From a virus: DNA of 64,000 nt. Of this stretch, positions 1-7,750 are shown in pieces (positions within the stretch are counted from its first letter, which is position 1; the number at the start of each line of letters is the position of its first letter). Location of the stretch: IMG/VR virus record IMGVR_UViG_3300045988_101454, positions 1 to 64,000 of that record; one strand, written 5' to 3'. The notes beneath the pieces are model-generated. The model did no database searches. It was not told the origin of the DNA and saw only the letters and a program-made list of their open reading frames with translations. Made by a program: the position numbers and the translations under genes.

Positions 1-338
1 TCTATAATATTCGTCTCATACCACACTGCCGCCTGTGCCATCGTGTCCTTCAGTTCCTCTATTATCTGCTTGTAATTGCTCTGAGTGACGGCAATGTGCC
101 GTTCCGGGTGTTTCCCGTCATGGTCGCCGCTTGCCAGGTGGATGATGCAGAATGTGCGGTCCGTATCGTGATGAGCTACCATACCTCGCTCCTTGAGAGC
201 TGCCACTGTGCGGTCGAAGTCTGCCGGAGTGGTCGGTATCACCTGCAACACGCTCCAGGGACGCTCCTGAGCCGTGAGGAGTGTTTGTCCTTCCTGCTCA
301 CTAAGCAGGAAGGAGTGAATTGTTTTAGATGTCTTCAT
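1..338 (-). CDS. hypothetical protein, N-terminal part (gene runs off the left edge)
   Basis: ATG at 338-336 overlaps the TGA of the upstream ORF (ATGA). Hand translation of the minus strand (MKTSKTIHSFLLSEQEGQTLL...) stays open to base 1. It is missing from the ORF track only because no stop lies in the window. Confidence 0.5.
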   Translation of the reverse strand, partial: MKTSKTIHSFLLSEQEGQTLLTAQERPWSVLQVIPTTPADFDRTVAALKERGMVAHHDTDRTFCIIHLASGDHDGKHPERHIAVTQSNYKQIIEELKDTMAQAAVWYETNII

Positions 339-757
339 ACTGCAAAATTAAACGAAAGTTGGCGTATGTCGATTTCTTGACGACAATTTTTTCTTCTGCT
401 CACCTTATTTCTCACTTCTCGCATAATGGCATCCAGGCGTTGCTGTTCTGCCTCGATGTGCTGTCGCTCCTCGTCAGTCAACGGAGGCAAAACAAACGAC
501 TCAAGGACTTTCTTGAAGCGATATTCGCTTACAAGTTCATCGCCAATCAAGCAGTCAACACTCTGGTATGATCCATGACGAAGACGCACCTTGCCGCCTT
601 TCCACGTCAAATTACCGATGGTGTAGCTCTTATAATACCACAGCAGACAGTGATAAGTCAAACCCCATGATTTAGCCCAATGCGCAGCGGCATTTTCGCT
701 GTTATCGTAATAGTTTCCTCTTCTTTGCGCCTCGCGCTTAAACTCCTGTAAAGTCAT
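335..757 (-). CDS. hypothetical protein
   Basis: 140-aa ORF in the minus-strand gene series. A TTATAGAA leader motif lies about 24 nt upstream of the ATG. Confidence 0.6.
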   Translation of the reverse strand: MTLQEFKREAQRRGNYYDNSENAAAHWAKSWGLTYHCLLWYYKSYTIGNLTWKGGKVRLRHGSYQSVDCLIGDELVSEYRFKKVLESFVLPPLTDEERQHIEAEQQRLDAIMREVRNKVSRRKNCRQEIDIRQLSFNFAV

Positions 758-812
758 AATCCTTAGTATTTTTTAATGTTCTATAATAGGAATATTTAAT
801 CCCCGTGATACC

Positions 813-1496
813 TTATTTCTGATTTTTCGCTAATACCGTTCTCACGCTATAATAAGGCGTGTTAAACGGATATTTCACTTCGTTAATGACATATACTACG
901 GTCGGCTCCGTCATACGCAATGTGTCGCGACACTCCACACGGCCATACATACCATGTACCATAAAGTTCAGGGCGCACATCTTGCAAGCAATAGGATCGC
1001 TGTCCTGTGCCACATACTCGAAGCGACGGCCGGCAGAATGGTCCAGTTTGCTTTTCTCCATGTAGTGAGCCAGGAGCAAACGTCCGCTACCTGCTGCGCA
1101 GTCGTTCACCTTGCCATGGTCTCCGGCTCCCAGGGTACTAATCCGTGCCATAAAGTCCGAAATGCTCTGAGGCGTGAAGAACTGCCCCGTCTTCGATGCC
1201 TTGCCACGGCTCAGATACATTTCCTCGTAAAGTATGCCGAATACGTCCAGCCACTCGCCACGATCCATCGCTTTTGCCACATCGTCGAGCCACTGAAGGG
1301 CGAGAACGGCAAAGTCAGGATTCTGCTCCGTGCAGTTCAAAATGTGTTGACTATATTCAGCGGTGCCAGCCTTGAAAGCGTCAACGCTGAAGAACTCTAT
1401 AAGATAGTCGCAGAAGTCGCTGAGAGCCATTTCCTGCGGTCTGCTGTGCTTGTCGGCCTGTTCGGTCAATACGTCGAGATACTTCTTTTTATCCAT
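813..1496 (-). CDS. short N6-adenine DNA methylase-like (HsdM-type SAM-binding fold) protein
   Basis: GQFFTPQSISDFM and NDCAAGSGRLLL match motifs X and I of N6_Mtase-type enzymes. The protein is only 227 aa and I see no canonical (D/N)PP(Y/F/W) tetrapeptide. Confidence 0.55.
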   Translation of the reverse strand: MDKKKYLDVLTEQADKHSRPQEMALSDFCDYLIEFFSVDAFKAGTAEYSQHILNCTEQNPDFAVLALQWLDDVAKAMDRGEWLDVFGILYEEMYLSRGKASKTGQFFTPQSISDFMARISTLGAGDHGKVNDCAAGSGRLLLAHYMEKSKLDHSAGRRFEYVAQDSDPIACKMCALNFMVHGMYGRVECRDTLRMTEPTVVYVINEVKYPFNTPYYSVRTVLAKNQK

Positions 1497-1567
1497 GATT
1501 TTCTCAAAAATTTATGTGTTCTATAATAGGGGAGCTGCCCTGCTGCCAGGTGCAGCCCCGTGAATGA
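1497..1567 (-). repeat. intergenic hairpin-plus-leader cassette, copy a
   Basis: ATGTGTTCTATAATAGG(G)GCTGCCCTGCTGCCAGGTGCAGCCCCGTGAATGA occurs three times (1497-1567, 2386-2454, 3247-3314). It contains a GGGCTGC/GCAGCCC stem and sits between a stop codon and the next ATG. Confidence 0.75.
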
Positions 1568-1571
1568 TAGC

Positions 1572-2385
1572 TTAATAAGATAGCCACAAGTTGGAGAGGC
1601 ATTGGTACTTGCTTAGTGCGTGAGTTCTGGCGAACTCTCGAATCTCGTTATTATACTGTTGCATGTCCTTAAATATCTGTTCTGCTTTTCGTGCCAGACG
1701 CAGGTATGCCGCATACTTCCTTTTTGATGCCTTGATGTTCTCAATCGTCTCCAGACGGTCGTTTTTATACTTTTCTATAACGGCAACGGCTTTTTCTGCT
1801 TCTAAACGGTCGCCAGTATTCCACTGCCATTCGTTCGGATTCACTTCTTTCTCATTGCCAATATAGCGGCGGTAGCCATTGCCCCAACTAACATAGATAG
1901 TGATGTTAGGATAATCTATCCAGTCATTGTATCTGTAGACGTCGTAACATTTTCAGGTTAAAACAATATTCGTCGAACGAGCTATAAAAGCCAGTTTCCT
2001 TCTTCACCGCATCGTGGAAGCGTTTATTCAGCGCCTTGCCATCAAACTTTCGGCATACCTGAATAAGTCCGTCTAGGGCCTTGATTTCAAGTTTTCGGCG
2101 CTCTATCAATGCGTCCGCGTGCTTGCAATACTCCTTCACCTCGTTGGTCTTCTTGTCGGATTCATACTTTTTAGCAGCCGCCATAAAGTCGTCCTCCGTG
2201 CCGATACTGTAGGCTTTTTCCTCGCTGCCATTCTCGCGGCTAAACTGATGATGCAGGTCTATATACTTTTGTGCATCCTCCTTTGTGGCAAAGTGGCGCA
2301 CGCCATCCAGGCTTTCAGACTTCCACAGCCACACCTCGCCATCGCTGCAAATAAGATTCTGTGCTTCTACAAATATCTGTCTCAT
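1572..2385 (-). pseudogene. frameshifted paralog of 2458..3246 (split into a 153-aa and a 90-aa ORF)
   Basis: ORF 1924..2385 aligns with the N-terminal two-thirds of the 262-aa protein, and ORF 1572..1844 aligns with its C-terminus. The frames join if one base of the T4 run at 1950-1953 (A4 on the coding strand) is removed: ...FNLK|CYDVYRYNDWIDYP...NEWQWNTGDRLEAEK. Confidence 0.6.
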
Positions 2386-2454
2386 AATATTCTCAATTTT
2401 TTATATGTTCTATAATAGGGCTGCCCTGCTGCCAGGTGCAGCCCCGTGAATGAT
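2386..2454 (-). repeat. intergenic hairpin-plus-leader cassette, copy b
   Basis: Near-identical to 1497-1567 and 3247-3314. Confidence 0.75.
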
Positions 2455-2457
2455 GAA

Positions 2458-3246
2458 TTAATAACCCTTCCAGAAGTAGGAGTGATGGCTATACTGGCTT
2501 AACGCCTTCTTTTTGGCAAACTCACGGATAGTGTAGTCGTAACCTTCCATCTTTTTCATGATAGCCTCCGCTTTTCGTGCCAGTCGCAGATAGGCTGCAT
2601 AACTCTTCTTGGTAGCCTTGAGATTTTCAATAGCCGCCAAACGGTCGTTTTTGTAAAACTCTATAACAGCAACCGCTTTTTCGGCTTCCAGGCGCTCGCC
2701 CGTATTCCACTGCCACTGTAAAGCAGGATATGATGTTTTTTTCCCGTGGCTCCAGTCTGCCGAGATCATTACGGATGGTCGATACTCTACATAACAGTTA
2801 CGGCTGTAACTTTCAAGCTCGAAGCTATATTGAGAGAACGAGTTATAGAAGCCTGTCGCCTCCTTCACGGCATCATGGAAGCGTTTATTCAGCACCTTGC
2901 CATCGAATCGTCGGCATACCTGAATAAGTCCGTCCAGGGCCTTGATTTCAAGTTTTCGGCGCTCTATCAATGCGTCCGCGTGCTTGCAATACTCCTTAAC
3001 CTCGTTGGCCTTCTTGTCGGCTTCATGCTTTTTTGCAGCCGCCATAAAGTCCGCCTCCGTACCAATGCTGTAAGCTTTTTCTTCCATACCATGCTCACGG
3101 CTAAACTGGTGAAACAAATCTATATACCTCTGCGCATCCTCCTTTGTGGCGAAGATGTTTACGAACTCTATGTTATCAGAAATCCACAGCCATACGTTGC
3201 CATCGCTGCATACCAATTTTTTTGCTTCTTCAAATATCTGGTTCAT
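2458..3246 (-). CDS. hypothetical protein (intact copy of the duplicated gene)
   Basis: 262-aa ORF. Long identical DNA stretches are shared with 1924..2385, for example around 2070-2135 versus 2940-3000. Confidence 0.7.
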   Translation of the reverse strand: MNQIFEEAKKLVCSDGNVWLWISDNIEFVNIFATKEDAQRYIDLFHQFSREHGMEEKAYSIGTEADFMAAAKKHEADKKANEVKEYCKHADALIERRKLEIKALDGLIQVCRRFDGKVLNKRFHDAVKEATGFYNSFSQYSFELESYSRNCYVEYRPSVMISADWSHGKKTSYPALQWQWNTGERLEAEKAVAVIEFYKNDRLAAIENLKATKKSYAAYLRLARKAEAIMKKMEGYDYTIREFAKKKALSQYSHHSYFWKGY

Positions 3247-3314
3247 GATTCCTCTATTTTTTATGTGTTCTATAATAGGGCTGCCCTGCTGTCAGGTGCA
3301 GCCCCGTGAATGAA
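3247..3314 (-). repeat. intergenic hairpin-plus-leader cassette, copy c
   Basis: Near-identical to copies a and b, with one C-to-T change in the loop. Confidence 0.75.
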
Positions 3315-3316
3315 GA

Positions 3317-3709
3317 TTAGTAAGACAATACCGCTATACGATAGTATTCTGTTTCTCCTTCTTCCGGAATGTTGGCAATACACATATCGCCTGTAGGTGC
3401 CTCATAAACATACGAGCTGCCTATAATATCGTACACCGTGAACTCGCCTCGCTGTTGGCTATGCTCGCCGCCGTTGGCAATACATGTGATGCCGTTGTGA
3501 TAGCCTCCTGAAGGTACGGGGAAGTCCCCACCTACCATTCTATCCTGGAGGAAGCGCGACGAATATCGGCCCGCCTCCTTGCTTGTCAGTTTTAGGGCCT
3601 GTGCCAGGAGTCGCTTTGCCTCCTTCCATCGTGACTCGTTGAATATGTCTCGACGCTGTGGAAAATATTGTGTATCGTTAGTTACGTTGAATAATGCTAT
3701 CTGTGCCAT
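3317..3709 (-). CDS. hypothetical protein
   Basis: 130-aa ORF. Two TTATAGA-type motifs lie in its upstream leader (3712-3760). Confidence 0.6.
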   Translation of the reverse strand: MAQIALFNVTNDTQYFPQRRDIFNESRWKEAKRLLAQALKLTSKEAGRYSSRFLQDRMVGGDFPVPSGGYHNGITCIANGGEHSQQRGEFTVYDIIGSSYVYEAPTGDMCIANIPEEGETEYYRIAVLSY

Positions 3710-3764
3710 AATTCTATAAAATCTTAAAATGTTGTGCTATTGGAATGTGCCTATAATAAGGCGG

Positions 3765-4022
3765 TTAATACTCGATACAGAGCAATATTGCTACTACCGC
3801 TGCAATGATGTTGTAGCCTACGAACTGCCAGCCGGTGCACTTGATGGGATCGCCGTTCTGGCCATAAAAGCTGTGCTGCGACTGGAGCCACTGGCGAGCC
3901 GTTTTTAAGGCTGCCAGGGCGTTTTCAACCGTGCGACTGACGAGTAACACGATAACGGCAAATAAAGCCGTCAGAAGGGCACGTGTGCCCGTTGTGCGTG
4001 ATATTGTGATATTCTGTGCCAT
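3765..4022 (-). CDS. small membrane protein (2 predicted TM helices)
   Basis: 85-aa ORF with two hydrophobic stretches: LLTALFAVIVLLV and YNIIAAVVAILLCI. Confidence 0.55.
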   Translation of the reverse strand: MAQNITISRTTGTRALLTALFAVIVLLVSRTVENALAALKTARQWLQSQHSFYGQNGDPIKCTGWQFVGYNIIAAVVAILLCIEY

Positions 4023-4035
4023 GATGATATATTGT

Positions 4036-4710
4036 TTAAGCGGTTTTCTTATTCTGTTCTTCTACTTCTTGCCAGAGACGTTTACCCGCTGTGCTGTAGC
4101 CGGCTTCACCATTGAAGGCCTGCCAGGCACAGAACATCTCCTCGTCACAATATTTCGAAAAGGCAAGCTCGGCATCGTTTTTCAGGCCGTCTATAATAGA
4201 CTCTATTTTGCGGATGATGTGTGCAGCGTGAATCTTGCTGAGTCCTTTGTTCTCGTACCAGTCGTCGCGGATCACGTCGTCGGCTGTCAAGTCGTTGTAA
4301 TCATAATCACACGTCTCGTAGTAATAGTCTACCTTTCTGTAGGTCTTGATATTTACAAACCAGTCAAAGTTGGCTGCCTGATAATAACCAGACGTGCAGC
4401 CGGCTTGAATGGTGATGTCGATGGTATTGTCGCCGCACATGATAGATACGGTTTTCGCTGAGAATAGAGTAGTAGTGTAGCTTCTATCGCCGTCGCACTC
4501 CTCTATATCGTGCCAGCCCTTCGCCTTTAGTTCGTAGGCAACATTATCTTTGTCGGCATCATAATTAAATTCTGTGCCTAACTCGTCAATTTCGCCTAAA
4601 AGGTCCTGGTCGAGTTCGCGCTCGTCAATTTCTTCCTGTGTATAATAAACAGGCATACCAAAAACGAAATAGCGTGAAGCGTTTTTTAATGCAAAATTCG
4701 GTGTACTCAT
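4036..4710 (-). CDS. hypothetical acidic protein
   Basis: 224-aa ORF with a very D/E-rich N-terminal half (EEIDERELDQDLLGEIDELGTEFNYDADKDN). Function not recognised. Confidence 0.65.
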   Translation of the reverse strand: MSTPNFALKNASRYFVFGMPVYYTQEEIDERELDQDLLGEIDELGTEFNYDADKDNVAYELKAKGWHDIEECDGDRSYTTTLFSAKTVSIMCGDNTIDITIQAGCTSGYYQAANFDWFVNIKTYRKVDYYYETCDYDYNDLTADDVIRDDWYENKGLSKIHAAHIIRKIESIIDGLKNDAELAFSKYCDEEMFCAWQAFNGEAGYSTAGKRLWQEVEEQNKKTA

Positions 4711-4769
4711 AATCTATAAAGTATTTAAAATGTTGGTGATTTTAGATGTAGTCTATAAAAGGGAATATC

Positions 4770-4994
4770 TTATATTGCATAAGACTTCACCGTGACGGCC
4801 TTGTCAGCGCAGAACTCCACTGGATCCGTCTTCAGTATATAAGCCTTTTCGCTTCTATCATATTGATAGCCCTGATTTTTCACAGACTTCATAACAAGGT
4901 TTTTCTCGCGATAGTCAACACGCGAATAACCTGTAAGCGACCATACACCGTTTTTTCGGTTTATGGCGTAATCTATTAGATACATTGTTTTCAT
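4770..4994 (-). CDS. hypothetical protein
   Basis: 74-aa ORF, 33 nt downstream of a TACCTTTG -7 box. Confidence 0.5.
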   Translation of the reverse strand: MKTMYLIDYAINRKNGVWSLTGYSRVDYREKNLVMKSVKNQGYQYDRSEKAYILKTDPVEFCADKAVTVKSYAI

Positions 4995-5027
4995 AATCGT
5001 AAAGTATTGGTTTCTTGTTTACGTTTG

Positions 5028-5035
5028 CAAAGGTA
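5028..5035 (-). promoter_or_regulatory. Bacteroidota-type -7 promoter box (TACCTTTG)
   Basis: The reverse complement of caaaggta matches the TAnnTTTG consensus. It lies 33 nt upstream of the ATG at 4994. Confidence 0.5.
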
Positions 5036-5075
5036 TTGCATAAATTTGATACAACCAAACTTTTCGATTAAAAAA

Positions 5076-5095
5076 TTATCAAATACATTTATTTT
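5076..5095 (-). promoter_or_regulatory. 20-bp conserved upstream element, copy 1 of 3
   Basis: TTATCAAATACATTTATTTT. It has the same sequence, spacing (about 40 nt upstream of the -7 box) and orientation relative to transcription as 6311-6330 and 6874-6893. Confidence 0.45.
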
Positions 5096-5261
5096 AACGT
5101 TTATGCACAATTACATATATTTATAATATGTATTATTTACATTTGTTTACAATTCCCTAATATCTGTAATACTCTATAAGATCTATAACGAGCCCAGTGA
5201 GCACCGCTGCAAAAACTCTAAAATCTGTGATTTACTATAAGTGTATAACGTAACAAAGTGG

Positions 5262-5389
5262 GCACCAGGACGGGCGCAAATGGCACACGGGCGTAATACT
5301 CCATCCGTGCCAGCATAGAGGCACCAGACGGGCGCAAATGGCACACGGGCGTAATACTCCATCCGTGCCAGCATGGAGACACCAGGACG
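5262..5389. repeat. tandem direct repeat, about 59 bp x 2.2
   Basis: GCACCAG(G)ACGGGCGCAAATGGCACACGGGCGTAATACTCCATCCGTGCCAGCAT(A/G)GAG occurs at 5262-5320 and 5321-5378, with a partial third copy up to 5389. The region is non-coding. Confidence 0.85.
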
Positions 5390-5391
5390 AC

Positions 5392-5422
5392 AAAAAACGG
5401 GCTGCAAACAAATTGCAGCCCG
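5392..5422 (-). terminator. rho-independent terminator after 5430..5780
   Basis: A 10-bp stem CGGGCTGCAA/TTGCAGCCCG with a 5-nt loop, followed on the minus strand by T6. Confidence 0.75.
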
Positions 5423-5429
5423 TGAATAG

Positions 5430-5780
5430 TTAAAACATTCTGTATAATCCATTATACATATTATAAGCCGGATCTTTTGTAAGATATTCGGTAAATTCGG
5501 CCGCACGTTTTTTTGTCATAACTTTGTAGTTATGCAGCGCCTTAAATGCTTTCTTTGCAGCCGCTTTAATTTTCGAGAGTACGTCAATAATAACGTTTTT
5601 TATTGCGCTTTGGTACAAATAACTTTCCCACGTTCTGTTATAATAACGTATCTTTGTGTAGCCAACTTTAAACGTGTCGTTTTTATACAACGTTACTTCG
5701 TGTCCCCAACTGTTACGAGTTTTCCAAGACTCGCAAACAAAAGTAAATTTAACGCCGTTAATTTCTTTGTTATATATCAT
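5430..5780 (-). CDS. hypothetical protein
   Basis: 116-aa ORF followed by a strong terminator. Confidence 0.6.
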   Translation of the reverse strand: MIYNKEINGVKFTFVCESWKTRNSWGHEVTLYKNDTFKVGYTKIRYYNRTWESYLYQSAIKNVIIDVLSKIKAAAKKAFKALHNYKVMTKKRAAEFTEYLTKDPAYNMYNGLYRMF

Positions 5781-5840
5781 AATATAAGTATTTTGTTATT
5801 GTTAGATGTAAGGACCGGCGCCGCCGGTCCTGGTTCTTGT

Positions 5841-6194
5841 TTAAAGTTTTATTTCTTTAATATTCGCCAGATCAAAAATAGCTATCTGGTTGTTATAACG
5901 TCCAATATCTTTGGCGGTTTGCAAATCGTCTACAATTACGGTTGCGTCAAAATAAAATTGATTATTGTCGCTATTGTACCAGCCGCCGAAAGCGTTAATG
6001 TTTGGATGTTCTGTAACATATTTAACAACGTTTGCAAGACCTTCCAAGCCGAAAGAGTTTTGAGTATCTGCAACGGCTACAGCATAACCGCTTGACACCG
6101 GCCGCAAGTTGGCAGCTCCCACGGTAAAGCCTTCTTTGTTAGCTATTGCGATCGCTGCAAGTGCGATCAAAATTTTTGTTTGTTGCTTATTCAT
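5841..6194 (-). CDS. hypothetical protein
   Basis: 117-aa ORF with a hydrophobic N-terminus (KILIALAAIAIA) and its own TACTTTTG -7 box. Confidence 0.6.
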   Translation of the reverse strand: MNKQQTKILIALAAIAIANKEGFTVGAANLRPVSSGYAVAVADTQNSFGLEGLANVVKYVTEHPNINAFGGWYNSDNNQFYFDATVIVDDLQTAKDIGRYNNQIAIFDLANIKEIKL

Positions 6195-6263
6195 TGTTTT
6201 AATACGGAATTTTTAGCGGTTGCCCCCCGATTTAAATTTTTATTTGTTTCTTATTTACAGTTG

Positions 6264-6271
6264 CAAAAGTA
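6264..6271 (-). promoter_or_regulatory. -7 promoter box (TACTTTTG)
   Basis: Matches TAnnTTTG and lies 69 nt upstream of the ATG at 6194. The surrounding ~80 bp is homologous to 5021-5100. Confidence 0.5.
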
Positions 6272-6310
6272 CTACATATAATTATAATAGCCAAATTTTC
6301 GACCAAAAAG

Positions 6311-6330
6311 TTATCAAATACATTTATTTT
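6311..6330 (-). promoter_or_regulatory. 20-bp conserved upstream element, copy 2 of 3
   Basis: TTATCAAATACATTTATTTT, identical to 5076-5095. Confidence 0.45.
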
Positions 6331-6418
6331 TAACCTCCTTAAACAAATATATATGATTTGTTTACATTTATTTGCAAATAGATATAATTGCATACCTTAT
6401 TATATATATGTCCGTTGT

Positions 6419-6560
6419 GTGGTGTCCTCCCTGGTGGTTCTCGTGGTGGCTGCCATCGGTGGAGTGGTTCTCGGTGGCTGGTGGTGTCCTCCCTGGTGGT
6501 TCTCGTGGTGGCTGCCATCGGTGGAGTGGTCCTCGGTGGCTGGTGGTGTCCTCCCTGGTG
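6419..6560. repeat. 62-bp tandem repeat x 2.3 in a GC-rich island
   Basis: 6419-6480 and 6481-6542 differ at one base, and a third partial copy runs 6543-6560. The unit is full of GGTGG submotifs. The period is not a multiple of 3. Confidence 0.85.
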
Positions 6561-6873
6561 TGCGTCCGCATATTCACAGCCGGACACGTAGGCGGGTGCA
6601 CGCAAGACTCTCCAGTGCGGCGGCGCTCTTGTGTGTGAATCGAAGTTGCAAGGAAAGTTTGCTGGATGCGATTGCTCTAATTATCAATTATTTATGTGTC
6701 CCTCTTGGGTTAGCTTTTACAGGTTAGTATATCGGTTAAAGTGTTGATTATTAACTATTTGTAGGGGTAAAAGAAAAATTCAAACACAATAAAAGCAGAT
6801 TATATATCCCTCTTTTTTTCACCAATAATACATAAAAACACTGTTAATAGATAAAAATATACTCTTATGAACA

Positions 6874-6893
6874 AAAATAAATGTATATGATAA
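6874..6893 (+). promoter_or_regulatory. 20-bp conserved upstream element, copy 3 of 3 (serves the plus-strand HTH gene)
   Basis: AAAATAAATGTATATGATAA is the reverse complement of the 5076/6311 element with one mismatch. It lies 41 nt upstream of the TAACTTTG box. Confidence 0.45.
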
Positions 6894-6933
6894 CTATTTC
6901 TAAGAAAAACTTGTAGAATACAAATATATGTAT

Positions 6934-6941
6934 TAACTTTG
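6934..6941 (+). promoter_or_regulatory. -7 promoter box (TAACTTTG)
   Basis: Matches TAnnTTTG and lies 25 nt upstream of the ATG at 6967. Confidence 0.5.
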
Positions 6942-6966
6942 CAACCAAAATAATACAAATATATAC

Positions 6967-7371
6967 ATGAAAACAAAAATCGACATCCGTCGCGCCATAA
7001 CAGAGCGCGGTTACACCATTACGTCTTTCTGTCAGAAGTTCGACCTAAAGACGCAGAACATCATTCAGAATTACATCAAAGGCAACCCTACAATAAAACG
7101 TTTGGAAGACCTTTGCGAGAAACTGGATTGCGACATCACTGATTTATTCTATCCAATAGGTGATTCAGACGATGCTAAGAAAAACGTTCTTTTATTCAAC
7201 AAAGAAAAAGAAGAGAAAAAAGATTCCGATTCAATCGATACTGAAGTTCTCGGCATCAAAGATACCGCTGTTCATATTCCCGAACCACAGCCGATAGTCA
7301 ATACTACCACCTTCTGCCCTCATTGTGGCGAAAAGGTTCGTGTCGGTGTGGTGCTCCTTCCCGAAGAATAA
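6967..7371 (+). CDS. Cro/CI-type helix-turn-helix transcriptional regulator with C-terminal CxxC
   Basis: The N-terminus RRAITERGYTITSFCQKFDLKTQNIIQNYIKG...LEDLCEKLDCDITDLF fits the XRE-family HTH pattern. The C-terminus has FCPHCGEK. The gene is divergent from the minus-strand early genes. Confidence 0.75.
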   Translation: MKTKIDIRRAITERGYTITSFCQKFDLKTQNIIQNYIKGNPTIKRLEDLCEKLDCDITDLFYPIGDSDDAKKNVLLFNKEKEEKKDSDSIDTEVLGIKDTAVHIPEPQPIVNTTTFCPHCGEKVRVGVVLLPEE

Positions 7372-7750
7372 GATAATCCCACGGCAAGCCGTGTGCCTAC
7401 CGTGGAAAATAGCGAAGACTTCTGGCTTGGGCGACCTTTAAATCTCCATCTCGCCGCCAGGCTTCTGACCGCCGCCACATTCAGTGGTGGAGCCGCCGGG
7501 CTTCACGCCACCCGTGAGGTCGTTGCTGGCAAGCATGACCTTGAGGTCGTCGGTGACGAGGGAACGCATATAACTGTTGCCCGACATCTCGAGTTTTCCG
7601 ATTGTAAAGGTACAAAAAAGGCGCGTGAAACATCGAAAATAGTAGGGAGTGAGGGCAACATCGGACGAAACTAACGGTTCGTGATATTCGTGTCATTGGA
7701 TGATGAAAATATAAATCTACGAAAGTATTAATGTATAAAAATATCAATGT

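Noticed and set aside
5183-5506. 107-aa minus-strand ORF
   Set aside because: It spans the 59-bp tandem repeats and the rho-independent terminator at 5392-5422, and it overlaps the 3' end of 5430..5780.
5262-6560. A possible CRISPR array suggested by the tandem repeats (5262-5389, 6419-6560, also 59761-59858)
   Set aside because: The repeat units are directly adjacent with no unique spacers between them. There are only 2-3 copies of each. The unit lengths (59, 62 and 35 bp) and the lack of any cas gene do not fit a CRISPR array.
6339-6727. Five overlapping ORFs on both strands (67-124 aa) in the GC-rich island
   Set aside because: They are generated by the 62-bp tandem repeat, whose period is not a multiple of 3. 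They overlap each other in several frames, have Pro/Gly/Trp-rich low-complexity products, and have no promoter or leader context.
7438-7587. 49-aa minus-strand ORF (MSGNSYMRSLVTDDLKVMLASNDLTGGVKPGGSTTECGGGQKPGGEMEI) as a double-glycine-leader peptide precursor
   Set aside because: The leader matches the LSxxELxxIxGG consensus only at the -4, -2 and -1 positions. The nearby -7-like box (TACCTTTA) is imperfect. No maturation or transport genes are adjacent. The evidence is too weak to call.
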